A model generated the notes under the pieces. That model saw nothing but the letters and a program-made list of their open reading frames with translations. It was not told the DNA's origin and did not search any database. From assembly GCA_963837175.1 (NCBI GenBank), contig CAWIMJ010000009.1, positions 65,968 through 129,967 of the forward strand: a stretch of DNA of 64,000 bases, read 5' to 3'. The DNA comes from an uncultured Nitrososphaeraceae archaeon (GTDB taxonomy: Archaea > Thermoproteota > Nitrososphaeria > Nitrososphaerales > Nitrososphaeraceae). The translations under genes were made by a program, and so were the position numbers. Positions 32,264 to 43,198 of this stretch are shown piece after piece; the stretch's first letter is position 1; each line of letters opens with the position of its first letter.

Positions 32264-33245
32264 ATGGGTTCAGTGGGAAAAACTGCGTTTGTATCCATTA
32301 TCGTATTAGGTGCAATCACTGGTATCGTAATGTATTACTTGTTTGACTTATATACTATTCCAAAACCAGGAACAATAAATTCAGTAGATAGAACGAACCT
32401 TACAGCAACACCAAGTAAGGAAGCCGGTAGTACGCTAGAAGGAGGTACAACAGAAAAAACAACTACTACTGAAGGTGGCGGCAGCGCAAATGCAACAGTA
32501 GTTGGTGTAACAATTACTATACAAAAGGGAGCCTCTATTCAAGGATCTCCGGATTATAATCCAGATACTGCAAAAGTACCTGTGAGTGATAATATAGTCT
32601 GGGTTAATGAAGATACTGCTGCACATACAGCTACATCAGGCACTGGAGCGACAAATCCAGATTCTGGCAAAGTATTTGATACTAGTATTATAAATCCAGG
32701 AGAAAAGTCAGCACCACAGGCGCTAAAAGGTGTAAAGGAAGGTGATGAAGTACCATACTATTGTGCTGTTCATCCATATATGTCGTCTAAGCTTACTGTT
32801 ACAGCTGCAAGTGCTGGAAGTTCAGCTAATGCTACTACTACCGAAGAAAATGCAAGCAGGTACTAGCACTAGTCCAGCTAATGCTACTACCAACGCTAGC
32901 ACAACAGGTACAGGTAATGCTAGCAGTAGTACTTCTGCTCCAGCAGCAGCTGCTACTCTAACTATTCCTGTAGGTGCATCTACTGCTGGCAATCCTTCTT
33001 ATGATCCCGTTTCTCTGACAGTCAAGAAGGGTGATGAAATTGATGTAGTAAACAAAGATTCATCGCCACATACAGTTACAAGTGGTAAAGCACCAGACGC
33101 ACCTGATGCAGGTAAGCAGTTTGATACAAGTATTATAAATGCTGCAGCATCTGCTAGATTAATGACTGCAAATCTACAAGCAGGAGAATATGACTTTCAT
33201 TGTTCTGTTCATCCATTTATGATGGGCAAAATAATAGTACAATAA
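32264..33245 (+). CDS. Membrane-anchored two-domain plastocyanin-like cupredoxin, split by a one-base frameshift near 32855
   Basis: HTATSG..YYCAVHPYM, then an S/T/A linker, then HTVTSG..FHCSVHPFM in the second frame. Confidence 0.82.
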
Positions 33246-33289
33246 TAATAATATAACTAGATGAAAAATAATAATATTCTCATATTCAA

Positions 33290-33545
33290 ACTATTCCTAT
33301 TGTCAAAGGTGCAGCAATTAAAGATATCCAGTATGATCTGCTCCATAAATAACTGTTATTTATGCTTTATATTGAAGTAATAGTTTGTTAACTCATACGG
33401 CTACAAGTGATACCAATCTAGAATACTTAGCATAACAAACTATTCCTAAATGCTGCTAATGCATCATCAGGCATACAGAATATCTGCGAGCAAGACTGTA
33501 TGAAGAGAACGTACATATTATTGGTATGTTCATCTAAATCTGTTA
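33290..33545 (+). pseudogene. Eroded additional cupredoxin domain
   Basis: Fragments TIPIVKGAAIKDIQYD, THTATSDT and TYYWYVHLNL mirror the upstream domains. Confidence 0.6.
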
Positions 33546-33735
33546 AAGCCATATTGGAATAATTTATTTTTTAAGTTTATTTATTTGCATTTTTTAGTTT
33601 CTTTTGAAATTTTATAGTTGATAGCAGAAGCTCTTATAATATCAAAATAATAATAAATATATATTATAATTATTATAAATAAGATGTACTTTAATAGAAA
33701 TATTTATATTATTGTTTTGAGCAATGAGGCGGCAG

Positions 33736-34512
33736 ATGGTATTTTTAGAGATTAAGGATTTACATGCTAATATAGAAGGAAAAGAGATTCTGACAGGTCT
33801 TAGTTTGAATATTGATAAAGGCGAAGTCCATGCGATCATGGGGCCAAATGGGTCAGGAAAGAGTACATTGGCAAATGTACTTTTGGGTCATCCAAAATAT
33901 AACGTTATGTCTGGGGAAGTTCTAGTTCAAGGACAAGGTATTCTAAATTTATCAACAGATGAAAGAGCAAAAAAAGGGTTGTTCCTTGGATTTCAGTATC
34001 CGACCGAGATATCCGGTGTAGGCTACAGCCATTTTTTAAGAAATGCATACAACACTTTAAGTAAATCACTAGGTGAAGAGCAAAAGAACAGAGAAGTCTT
34101 CTTGACTGTAAAAGAGTTTCATGAATATGTAAAGAAGAATTTAGACTCTGTTGGACTTGATCGATCTTTTCTTAGTAGGTATCTTAACGAAGGATTTTCT
34201 GGTGGAGAGAAAAAGAGATCAGAAGTAATGCAGATGCTTGTTCTAAAACCGAATATTGCCATACTCGATGAACCTGATTCCGGTTTAGATATTGATGCGG
34301 TAAAGTCTGTTGCAGAAGCAATTAACAAATTAATTGAAACAGGCGCAGGTGTTATTGTAATTACTCACTATGCAAGAATTCTAAGATATCTTACAAAGCT
34401 TGATGAGGTTCATGTCATGGCAAAGGGAAAGATCATCAAATCAGGTAGCAGAGATTTATCCGAACAATTAGAAACGAAAGGTTATGGTTGGCTCGGCTTG
34501 GAAGATAAATAG
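33736..34512 (+). CDS. sufC: Fe-S assembly ATPase SufC
   Basis: GPNGSGKST, FQYPTEI, NEGFSGGEKKR, LDEPDSGLDID, ITHY. Confidence 0.95.
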   Translation: MVFLEIKDLHANIEGKEILTGLSLNIDKGEVHAIMGPNGSGKSTLANVLLGHPKYNVMSGEVLVQGQGILNLSTDERAKKGLFLGFQYPTEISGVGYSHFLRNAYNTLSKSLGEEQKNREVFLTVKEFHEYVKKNLDSVGLDRSFLSRYLNEGFSGGEKKRSEVMQMLVLKPNIAILDEPDSGLDIDAVKSVAEAINKLIETGAGVIVITHYARILRYLTKLDEVHVMAKGKIIKSGSRDLSEQLETKGYGWLGLEDK

Positions 34513-35151
34513 AGACGACTGCTAAGGTACCCATTATATGATGTATTTTCGATTAAGTCAATTTTCATTTGTTAATTTAACTGAATCTCTACCACCGTTT
34601 AGTATGAAATTTGTCAATTATACTAATAACAATAACAATGAATAGATCAAAAGATGTTAAAAATTCAAATACGTTGTGTGTAGTTGTTTACGAAATAATT
34701 CAGCTGCTTCGATGTCAAATTTTACACTATTGAAGTAGAACTAAAAATCAGTCATTTGTATAAATGTTATTGGTAAGATCTATTAATTTATTAATTCTTT
34801 TCAGTTTTTGATAAAAATTTTATTAATGTATAATACAATCTTAGTTAATGTGTGCCATATATGACAAGATTCTTTTTTTAAATTGCCTGTATCTATGCTT
34901 TCAATTTGCAACATTGTTTAACAGTTATTCTAATTCTGTCATGTTATAATGTCTTAATTTATTAAGAAAAATATAAATACGTACATTTATTTAATGGTCA
35001 TCTTTTCAGAGTCAATAATTTAAGGCCCACGCTAGCAGTAGTTATTGATGAGGCTGTCGTTTTTCTCTGGCTATATTTTAGATAAAAGGAAGATATTTCA
35101 TCTAATATAGAGGTAAATAAAAATATAGTTTTTATTCATAATTTATTCATT

Positions 35152-35898
35152 ATGGCATCCAATGCAGGAACACCTGATGCAGAAAAAAATAGCAGTGATA
35201 CAGCAGAAAAAGCAGGGCAAATGACTGTAACCTCTACATATTTTTTGAATTTTTCATTCTTCAAAGTTGATTCTAAATGGCGATGGTTAAATGAAATTGG
35301 CAAAGATGAGGCTGCAAAAGAATTTGCAAATTTGATAGAAGTTGCAAATACAAAGATGAAAGTTCGAACTTATACTACTTTGGGAATTCGTGCAGATGCT
35401 GAATTTATGCTATGGATGATTTCTGATTCAATTGAAAAGATGCAAATACTGACATCAAAAATTTATTCTACTATTTTTGGAAAATATGTTGAACCTTCCC
35501 AGATATATCTTTCTGCTTCTCGCCCGTCTGTGTATGTAAATAAAGTCACTCCAGGATTTGCGACTACCGAACAACCTCTAAAGTATGTCATCGTGTACCC
35601 TTTTGTAAAATCACGGGAGTGGTATTTACTTCCATTTGAACAACGAATGAAAATGATGGAAGAACACATAATTGTTGGAAGGAAATTTCCAGGGATAAGG
35701 CTTAACACATCATATTCCTTTGGAATTCATGATCAAGATTTTATGCTTGCATTTGAGACCAATAATTTGATCGATTTCCAAGACTTGATACTTCAGTTAC
35801 GTGAAACTCAAGTTAGCAGATATATAATTAGAGATACACCTATGATAGTTTGCATTTATAAGGACATCATAGATATTATAAAGAGTCTTGGAGAATAA
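35152..35898 (+). CDS. Chlorite dismutase-like heme protein, probably coproheme decarboxylase (ChdC/HemQ) type
   Basis: YPFVKSREWYLLP..EEH..SYSFGIHDQDF; Leu at the position of the distal Arg of true Cld. Confidence 0.82.
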   Translation: MASNAGTPDAEKNSSDTAEKAGQMTVTSTYFLNFSFFKVDSKWRWLNEIGKDEAAKEFANLIEVANTKMKVRTYTTLGIRADAEFMLWMISDSIEKMQILTSKIYSTIFGKYVEPSQIYLSASRPSVYVNKVTPGFATTEQPLKYVIVYPFVKSREWYLLPFEQRMKMMEEHIIVGRKFPGIRLNTSYSFGIHDQDFMLAFETNNLIDFQDLILQLRETQVSRYIIRDTPMIVCIYKDIIDIIKSLGE

Positions 35899-35906
35899 TT
35901 ATAATT

Positions 35907-36539
35907 ATGATGGCCGCACTCAAAGAATGGGCAATAGTTTGTAAAGCTCTGGAAGAAGGCAGACAGGTGTTGCTTTTACGAAAAGGCGGTATTCTGGAAT
36001 ATAGGCAAGGTTTTGAAATAAAACACAACAAGTTCTTACTATTTCCTACCTTTGAACATCAGTCAAAGGAATACATTCAACCAGATTATGTTGATAATAT
36101 AGATATCATTTTGCAATATCAACTAACTAATCATTATCATCCTACTGTAAATAGTGGTAGAAATAAATTAACTTTGTATGCAAAAGTCATAGATGTTAAA
36201 GAAGTTAATGATAAGTCCATTATACGAAAATTAGAAAAATACCACATATGGAACGATCGTTATGTAAATTTAAGAATGGATTATAACCCTAAAAAACCTA
36301 TAAGTGTACTACTGTTGCGAGTTTATAAAATGAATAATCCTTTAGAAGTTGATATTAGACCTGAATGGGCTGGATGCAGATCATGGCTTTCGGTTGAATT
36401 TGAATTTCCACATATGACTGTGAATAGTACTACTAGTAGAGACAATAATGGGCAGCTACATCTACAACAAGAACAACCAGTTATAGAAAATTCGAAATTC
36501 AATCAGATCATAGCGGAGATCAAAGAGGTTTTAAACTAA
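35907..36539 (+). CDS. DUF1802 family protein
   Basis: [25 protein letters not shown]. Confidence 0.85.
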   Translation: MMAALKEWAIVCKALEEGRQVLLLRKGGILEYRQGFEIKHNKFLLFPTFEHQSKEYIQPDYVDNIDIILQYQLTNHYHPTVNSGRNKLTLYAKVIDVKEVNDKSIIRKLEKYHIWNDRYVNLRMDYNPKKPISVLLLRVYKMNNPLEVDIRPEWAGCRSWLSVEFEFPHMTVNSTTSRDNNGQLHLQQEQPVIENSKFNQIIAEIKEVLN

Positions 36540-36543
36540 AGAT

Positions 36544-37575
36544 ATGAAATACAGAAAATTAGGAAGAAGTGGGATTAAGGTAAGTGAAATAGGATTTGGA
36601 GCTTGGACTATTGGTCTGGATTGGTGGGGTAAGAAAATAGATGACGACGAAGCCATCAGGATGTTAAGACGTGCTTATGATCTAGGAATTAATTTTTACG
36701 AAATTGCAGATATGTATGGAAATGGCAAAAGCGAAAAAATGGTCTCACAGGCATTCAAAGATATGCGTGATGAAATAATCTATTCTACAAAATGGGGTTA
36801 TGATATGTACAATTCCATACAAATTGGACATAATGAATTACCACAAAAACACAATCCTGAATTTTTAAAGTATGCATTACAACAGAGTCTCAACCGCTTG
36901 CAAACTGATTATATTGATGTTTATAGCCTTCATAATCCAAAAATGGCTGCTATCGAAAATGATAGTTTATTTAACTCTCTCGATAGTTTAGTACAAAGTA
37001 CAAAGATTAAAAGTCACGGACTAGCATTGGGCCCTGCTATTGGTTGGAAGGATGAAGGACTTTTAGCCATAGAAAAACGAAACATCACGTGTCTTCAAAC
37101 AGTTTACAATCTTTTGGAACAGGATCCCGGCAGGGCATTTTTAAATGCAGTAAGAATGAATAATAATGATGTGGGAATTATAGTAAGAGTTCCTGATGCT
37201 TCGGGAGTATTAACTGGCAAGGTTAATGAAAAAACTGCATTTAATAAGAATGACCATAGAAGTAGCAGAAAAAGAGAATGGATTCTAGAAGCTATGCGAA
37301 AAGTAGACAAGTTGAAACCAATTGCAAATGCAAGAGGATGGAGTATATCTCAGCTGGCAGTCAAATTCATACTATCCCAAAAAGAAATATCAGTAGTTTT
37401 ACCGACCGTTATTGATATTGAGGAGATTGAAAGGTTTGCAGAAATGGCTGATGGTAATTATCTAAATGAAAACGAAATGGCAGAGATAACGCATCTCTAT
37501 AATAACAACTTTTATATTCGCCAGCAATCTTCTTATTCCTCTGTTGCTACTTCAGCGTCGCCTTCCAAACCATGA
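36544..37575 (+). CDS. Aldo/keto reductase
   Basis: [36 protein letters not shown]. Confidence 0.93.
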   Translation: MKYRKLGRSGIKVSEIGFGAWTIGLDWWGKKIDDDEAIRMLRRAYDLGINFYEIADMYGNGKSEKMVSQAFKDMRDEIIYSTKWGYDMYNSIQIGHNELPQKHNPEFLKYALQQSLNRLQTDYIDVYSLHNPKMAAIENDSLFNSLDSLVQSTKIKSHGLALGPAIGWKDEGLLAIEKRNITCLQTVYNLLEQDPGRAFLNAVRMNNNDVGIIVRVPDASGVLTGKVNEKTAFNKNDHRSSRKREWILEAMRKVDKLKPIANARGWSISQLAVKFILSQKEISVVLPTVIDIEEIERFAEMADGNYLNENEMAEITHLYNNNFYIRQQSSYSSVATSASPSKP

Positions 37576-37639
37576 AGGAATAGAAGATTACCATATTTTT
37601 GTCTGCATTACTAAAAATAATCTTGTAGTCTGAAATTTT

Positions 37640-38071
37640 ATGGCAAACAGCCAAATAAGAAATTCAACACCTCGAATTATGGTTGTTGATGATGAGGATG
37701 ATATCATCTTAGAATTGAGAGTAGTTTTAGAAGATAATGGATTCAAAGTCGATTCATTTTCTGATCCTCTTGTGGCTTTAGGAAATTTTAAAGCTGATTT
37801 GTATGATCTATTAATTCTTGATATCAAAATGCCAAAAATGAATGGATTTGAATTATATAAACAAATAAAAAAAGTAGATAATAAAGTCAAGACAATGTTT
37901 TTGACAGCATTAACTGAATTGCAGGAATATGAAGAATTTAGAAAAGAAGTATCTCCTAAATTAGGTGAACGATATTTCGTTCCAAAACCAATTGAGAATG
38001 AAGAGTTAATAACACGAGTAAGTAAAATATTGAGTCAAATTAAAAATAATCAGCATACCCCAGAAGAGTGA
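37640..38071 (+). CDS. Single-domain response regulator receiver
   Basis: VVDDE, DIKMPKMNG, FLTA, KP. Confidence 0.92.
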   Translation: MANSQIRNSTPRIMVVDDEDDIILELRVVLEDNGFKVDSFSDPLVALGNFKADLYDLLILDIKMPKMNGFELYKQIKKVDNKVKTMFLTALTELQEYEEFRKEVSPKLGERYFVPKPIENEELITRVSKILSQIKNNQHTPEE

Positions 38072-38730
38072 AATAGTAATTTTTACTTGCATTATTTATA
38101 ATAAGACTCTTAGAAGTATATTATCTTGACAGCATTTTAACTATAGTTATAGATTATTTTAACTGTTAGAGATAGAATTTAGATGAATAATTGTAATAAT
38201 AATAAAAGAATTTCATATTACAGCAAATATTTTAATAAAATAAAATAACCATTCTATTTATAATATTGATGCGCGCTTGACCCTAATTTAAGCATGAATG
38301 TACTTTGTAATAGATGGTTAGGCTAAATACCTAGCGTGACAAATGTGGGGACCCACGAAAATGTTAACTATAGGAAGAATTTTTATCATAAGTAACAAAT
38401 ATGATATTTGATTAATGATAGGGTAGAGGATAATAGATTTGAAATACACTATAATAACTCAATCGAGGCCGTCAATTAATCTCATTTGTTAACATATGCA
38501 ATTTAACTGAATAAATAGAAAAAGAGAAAGTTTTCGATTTTAAGAGAGTAAATCATATGAAAAGAATGAAAAATCAGTTTTATATTTTAAAATCTACTGA
38601 TATTGAGGATTGAAAGAGCAAGTTGAGGAAATTATAAGATTATGAATATTTACAAAAGAAAGCAAATGAAAATGAAATCGTAATTATCAATAAGGCTGAA
38701 ATAGAATGAAGAAATATATTCTTGTATCTA

Positions 38731-39738
38731 CTAGTTTCTTTCTTCGAAGTACTTTACTCGCTCTTTCTTGAATTCCCTAGAACTAAATAGAATTCTGTAA
38801 TCTTTAACTCCAACCGTTTCTGACATTTCAACTACAATTTTTTCTGCAGCTTCCAATGTGCGAGCATGAATCATACTAAATAAATTGAATTGCCAGTCAG
38901 CATATACTGGTCTACGATAGCAGTGACTTACTTGTGGAAAAGCTGCAAGTTTATATCCAATTTCATCAATCTTATCTTCATTCACCTGCCATACTACCAT
39001 CCCATTCGCAGAAAAACCTGCGTCACGATGACGTAATATTGCTGCAAATCGTCGCATTACGCCATTTTTTTCATATTCCTTAGCTTTTGTAAAGAGTTCT
39101 ATTGTTGTAATACCAAGGTTTTCTGCCACCTCATTAAATGGTTCTGGGATAACCTTCAGATCTTTTTGTAGTTCACGGATAAAATGTTTGTCGCCTTCGG
39201 TGAGCTCAAATTTCTTTGGATTCAATTGTTTAACTTCGTCAGTTGGCTTTGCCATTTCTGTATCATCATTAACCATGTCCAGTCTAACTCCAATCTTATA
39301 AAGTTTCAGTGTGGGTAACAAACGATATTTTATGACTCCATCAAGTGAAGCAAGCCTATCCAAATCTGTTTTCATTTCACCATAAGGAGGAACAGCGAGA
39401 GTAAACCACATATTGAAATCATGGTTTCTTTCATAATTATGACTTACTCCAGGGTGTTTATTTACTTCATTTGCAATATAGTCAAGCTTGTTCGGCTTTA
39501 CAGCAAATGCAACGAGAGCACTTTTGTAACCCAATCGCCTAGTATCAAAAATGGCATTAATCTGTCTGATCAAACCCATACCTTTCATGGATGCAATTCT
39601 CTTCATAACTTCGTCTTCAGTTATATTGTACCGTTTAGAAATCTCAAGATAAGGTCTATCTTCAAGTGGAAAACTCCACTGGATGTCGTTCAAGAGTTGC
39701 TTATCAATTAAATCAATCTGCTGCTGTTTTATTTGCAT
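38731..39738 (-). CDS. ahbAB: Fused siroheme decarboxylase AhbA-AhbB (NirDL-like)
   Basis: Tandem Lrp-like halves with VSHNYER and VSHCYRRP..NLFSMIH. Confidence 0.88.
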   Translation of the reverse strand: MQIKQQQIDLIDKQLLNDIQWSFPLEDRPYLEISKRYNITEDEVMKRIASMKGMGLIRQINAIFDTRRLGYKSALVAFAVKPNKLDYIANEVNKHPGVSHNYERNHDFNMWFTLAVPPYGEMKTDLDRLASLDGVIKYRLLPTLKLYKIGVRLDMVNDDTEMAKPTDEVKQLNPKKFELTEGDKHFIRELQKDLKVIPEPFNEVAENLGITTIELFTKAKEYEKNGVMRRFAAILRHRDAGFSANGMVVWQVNEDKIDEIGYKLAAFPQVSHCYRRPVYADWQFNLFSMIHARTLEAAEKIVVEMSETVGVKDYRILFSSREFKKERVKYFEERN

Positions 39739-40220
39739 TGCAGTCAGAATAACACTATTACTATTAATCTATTAAATATTTATCCACACAATATTTATTA
39801 TAAGTTAAGGTTTGTTAACCGAATTATCTGTCTTCACAAAATTTTTTATGACTTGTTACCTATTTATTAAAGTCTGTAGGAAACGTATAATGTAATTGAC
39901 AACACATTGAATATAAATATTTGGTAGAATTAAAGTTTTGAATGAATGCTAACGATCATGTCCCCTGGAAGTTGGTAATAGCCCGTTTTATGAGTAAACT
40001 GTCGGTATAGATCAAAACTTAAATCTTACAAAAGATGATAGTTAAATGATCTTTCCATAGAAACATCTATCTAATAAGTCTAGTTGTTAGGGTAATTATA
40101 ACAAAATGCAATTTAGAATTAGATATTCTAAATGTATAAATATTCTTAAAGCTATTTACAATTGAAATGGATACAATTACACCCAGCGTATTAAACATTA
40201 ATCAAAAACAATATCAATTT

Positions 40221-41191
40221 ATGTCGCTTAACCGAGTACTTGTAATTGGACTTGGTCAACTTGGACTACCTGTGGCCAAATTTATAAAGGAACAAGAAGA
40301 ATTTGATGTCTATGGATATGACATTAGTTCTAAGGCAATGGACCGTGCACAAACAACGGCAGGAATAAAAAAAGCTACTAGCTTTAGTGATTTTGATGTT
40401 TATATTTTGTGTATATCAACCCATAAACCTGATGATATGTTTTCTCCTCAAATTGAGGGTTTATTATCAATAGTAGATAAAATATCAAAGGAAGCAAAGA
40501 ATGGTGCTCTTGTTTCTATAGAGAGTACTATTCCAAAAGGAACTTCAAAGAAAGTATTTGAAATGCTTAACCATAGATTGCATGTAGCTCATGCACCACA
40601 CCGATGGTATGCTTTAGAAGAGCAAGAACATGGTGTAAATCAGGTGCGTGTAATAGGTGGAGTATGTGATTGTTGTCTCAAAGTAGCCATGTATTTCTAT
40701 GATGGAAAGTCTGAGAATATGAACAGTTCTTCTTCTTCTACTACTCTACTACTTCTACTACATCTATTACTAATGAAAAAAGTAAAGGTAAAGGTAAAAG
40801 TCTGGGTATTCCTATGCATCCAGTTTCAGACATAGAAATTGCAGAATTAAGTAAGATTGCTGAAAATGCACACAGATATTTACAAATTGCATTTGCTGAA
40901 GATCTCTATCTTTACTGTCAGGCTAATAACATAAATTTCTCAGAACTAAGAGATGCTATAAATACCAAATGGAATGTACATATTCTTGAGCCAAGAGAAG
41001 GAATTGGAGGACATTGTCTACCAAAGGATACTAAAATGTTTTTGCACTCATCAAAGTCTATTAAAAGTAAGATACTACAGGCAGCAATTGAAGTAGATCA
41101 AGATTATAGACGATATAGAGAAGCTAGGGGTGGCGGTTCATCATTGATAGACCAGTCGACAACGCCAGCAGAGAATTCAGCAATATACTAG
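40221..41191 (+). CDS. Nucleotide-sugar (UDP-ManNAc/UDP-Glc) dehydrogenase-like protein, frameshifted near 40745 in a TCT/ACT tract; lacks the C-terminal domain
   Basis: GLGQLG, IEST, KIAENA, GIGGHCLPKD; the second frame reads ...SLGIPMHPV. Confidence 0.8.
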
Positions 41192-41258
41192 ATCATATAA
41201 TGATAATAGCCATAGATTTAAAATTTAATATATGACAGAAGTGTACCTTTAATGACTA

Positions 41259-42104
41259 TTGTTGGAATATGCACATCCGGAAGTATTAGTCGATACACAA
41301 TGGGTAGAGGATCATCTTAAGGATCCAAAAGTTCGAGTTGCGGAAGTTGATTATGATCCTACAGCAAATTATAAATTGGGACACATACCAGGGTCGGTAC
41401 TATTTGATTGGAAGGAAGACATAAACGATCCACTAAGCAGGAATATTATTAATAAACAATCTTACGAAGATTTGATGCAAAAAGGTGGGATTAATAATGA
41501 CACAACGCTGATCCTATATGGCGATTTTAACAATTGGTTTGCAGCGTTTGCATTCTGGGTGTTTAAGTATTATGGTTATAAGGATGTTAGAATAATGAAT
41601 GGAGGTAGAAAAAAATGGTTGGAGGAAGATAGGCCAGTAGAAAAGGATGTTCAAAAGTATCCGAAAGGTAACTTTAAAGCTGCAGAGCCGGACAAGAGTA
41701 TAAGAGTATTCTTAAACTACGTCAGAGAGTCGATAGGGTCTGGACAAAAAGTATTGATTGATGTTAGAAGTCCAAAAGAATTTACTGGCGAAATATTGGC
41801 TCCTCCAGAATATCCAACAGAGCACGCTCAAAGAGGAGGCCATATTCCTGGTGCACTTAACGTACCTTGGGGTCAAGCAGTCAATGAAGATGGTACATTC
41901 AAGTCTACAGAAGAGCTAAAAAAACTATATGAATCGAAGGGAATAACATCAAACAAGGAGGTCATTACATACTGTAGAATAGGTGAGAGGTCATCACACA
42001 CATGGTTTGTCTTGAAATATTTGCTCGGTTATCCTAATGTGAAAAATTATGATGGATCATGGACAGAGTGGGGAAACATGATCGATAATCTAATAGAAAA
42101 ATAA
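41259..42104 (+). CDS. Two-domain rhodanese / thiosulfate sulfurtransferase (CysA/SseA type)
   Basis: GHIPG twice, YCRIGERS active loop, YDGSWTEWG. Confidence 0.95.
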   Translation: MLEYAHPEVLVDTQWVEDHLKDPKVRVAEVDYDPTANYKLGHIPGSVLFDWKEDINDPLSRNIINKQSYEDLMQKGGINNDTTLILYGDFNNWFAAFAFWVFKYYGYKDVRIMNGGRKKWLEEDRPVEKDVQKYPKGNFKAAEPDKSIRVFLNYVRESIGSGQKVLIDVRSPKEFTGEILAPPEYPTEHAQRGGHIPGALNVPWGQAVNEDGTFKSTEELKKLYESKGITSNKEVITYCRIGERSSHTWFVLKYLLGYPNVKNYDGSWTEWGNMIDNLIEK

Positions 42105-42136
42105 TACATCAAATAACACATAATACAATCACTTGT

Positions 42137-42802
42137 TCATTTTATTTTCTTTACTATAAAATGGAAAAGATTGCCCTCTCTTCTTGTCTCTAAGAGTGAT
42201 TGTCCGTTCTCATATGACCATCGATCGATTTCCAGATCCGCTGTCTGATCATCAGATACTAAATGTATTACTTCTCCAATTGACATTTTTGTCATTAATT
42301 CACCGAGCTTTGTAAGTGTAGCAGCACATTCTACTCCTATCTCAAACATTTCGTGATCAGGAAATTCTGCAAAGCATCTTATGTGGAGTTCCTCAATACT
42401 GTAACTTATCTTACTATGACAATTCTCAATAGTATCGAGAGCGATTAAATCCTTATCAAGATGTGAAGCATTTATCTTCATTATCCATCCTTCTGTATAG
42501 GGAAAATCATTTACCAATTTGGGTCGTTTGATTATATCTTTATTAATTTCTGCAATCCTTCCTCTGACAGGGGTACGCACCACACCAAAATACTTTATAC
42601 TTTCTATCGTCCCTATGCTTTTTCCCTTTTCCAATTCTGTGCCAACTTTTTTTAATTTTATGCTTGATAATTTTCCAGCAATCGAAGCCAAAATAGCCGT
42701 GATTCCAATAGTTATTGTTTTGTCATTGTTAATCTTTATCCAGACAAAATTCTCGATATCATAAAAAATGCCTTCAGGAAATATACAATTATTTACTTTC
42801 AC
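42137..42802 (-). CDS. GcvH-like lipoyl carrier fused to a TusA/SirA sulfur-carrier domain
   Basis: TIGIT, GTIESIK (lipoyl Lys), VNDFPYTEGWI; then GVEC..GEVIHLVSDD..FHFIVKK; GTG 42802 preferred. Confidence 0.85.
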   Translation of the reverse strand: MKVNNCIFPEGIFYDIENFVWIKINNDKTITIGITAILASIAGKLSSIKLKKVGTELEKGKSIGTIESIKYFGVVRTPVRGRIAEINKDIIKRPKLVNDFPYTEGWIMKINASHLDKDLIALDTIENCHSKISYSIEELHIRCFAEFPDHEMFEIGVECAATLTKLGELMTKMSIGEVIHLVSDDQTADLEIDRWSYENGQSLLETRREGNLFHFIVKKIK

Positions 42803-42877
42803 AAGTTTGCTGTATACTAATACCAAGTTTATTCTTTTACATTTTATAATCATTTTAGTTGGATCGCCCAATACAAA

Positions 42878-43174
42878 GCGATAGTATCTCCTATCACTAA
42901 AAGCAGACAAAGCACTATATGAAAACTGATAATAATGGGAGTTATATCTAATGCACCAACTAAAGCTGGAGCATGAATAGGGGGGGCTTTCTATTTTTTC
43001 CTCTTACCACTGTTCTTAACAGTCGGTGCTGGGGTAATCTTTCAAGTAGTATATTCAATTGCTTCTTGAATATCTCATACTAGCCAAAATAGAAAGGCTT
43101 TAAATGCGTCTACAATAGCCGGCTTCGCTATAGGAATGCTAATAATGTATACAACATGTTTACTAATATCATAA
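42878..43174 (+). pseudogene. C-terminal relic of a ZIP-family metal transporter
   Basis: AIVSPITKS..*KLIIMGVISNAPTKAGA*IGG..FLTVGAGVIFQVVYSIAS*..AGFAIGMLIMYTTCLLIS. Confidence 0.72.
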
Positions 43175-43198
43175 TATAAGGAAGATAGTGGATAAGGA

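Noticed and set aside
42878-43174. TGA at Trp-like positions as stop-codon recoding
   Set aside because: The gene is also truncated and frameshifted, and TGA is a normal stop elsewhere in the window
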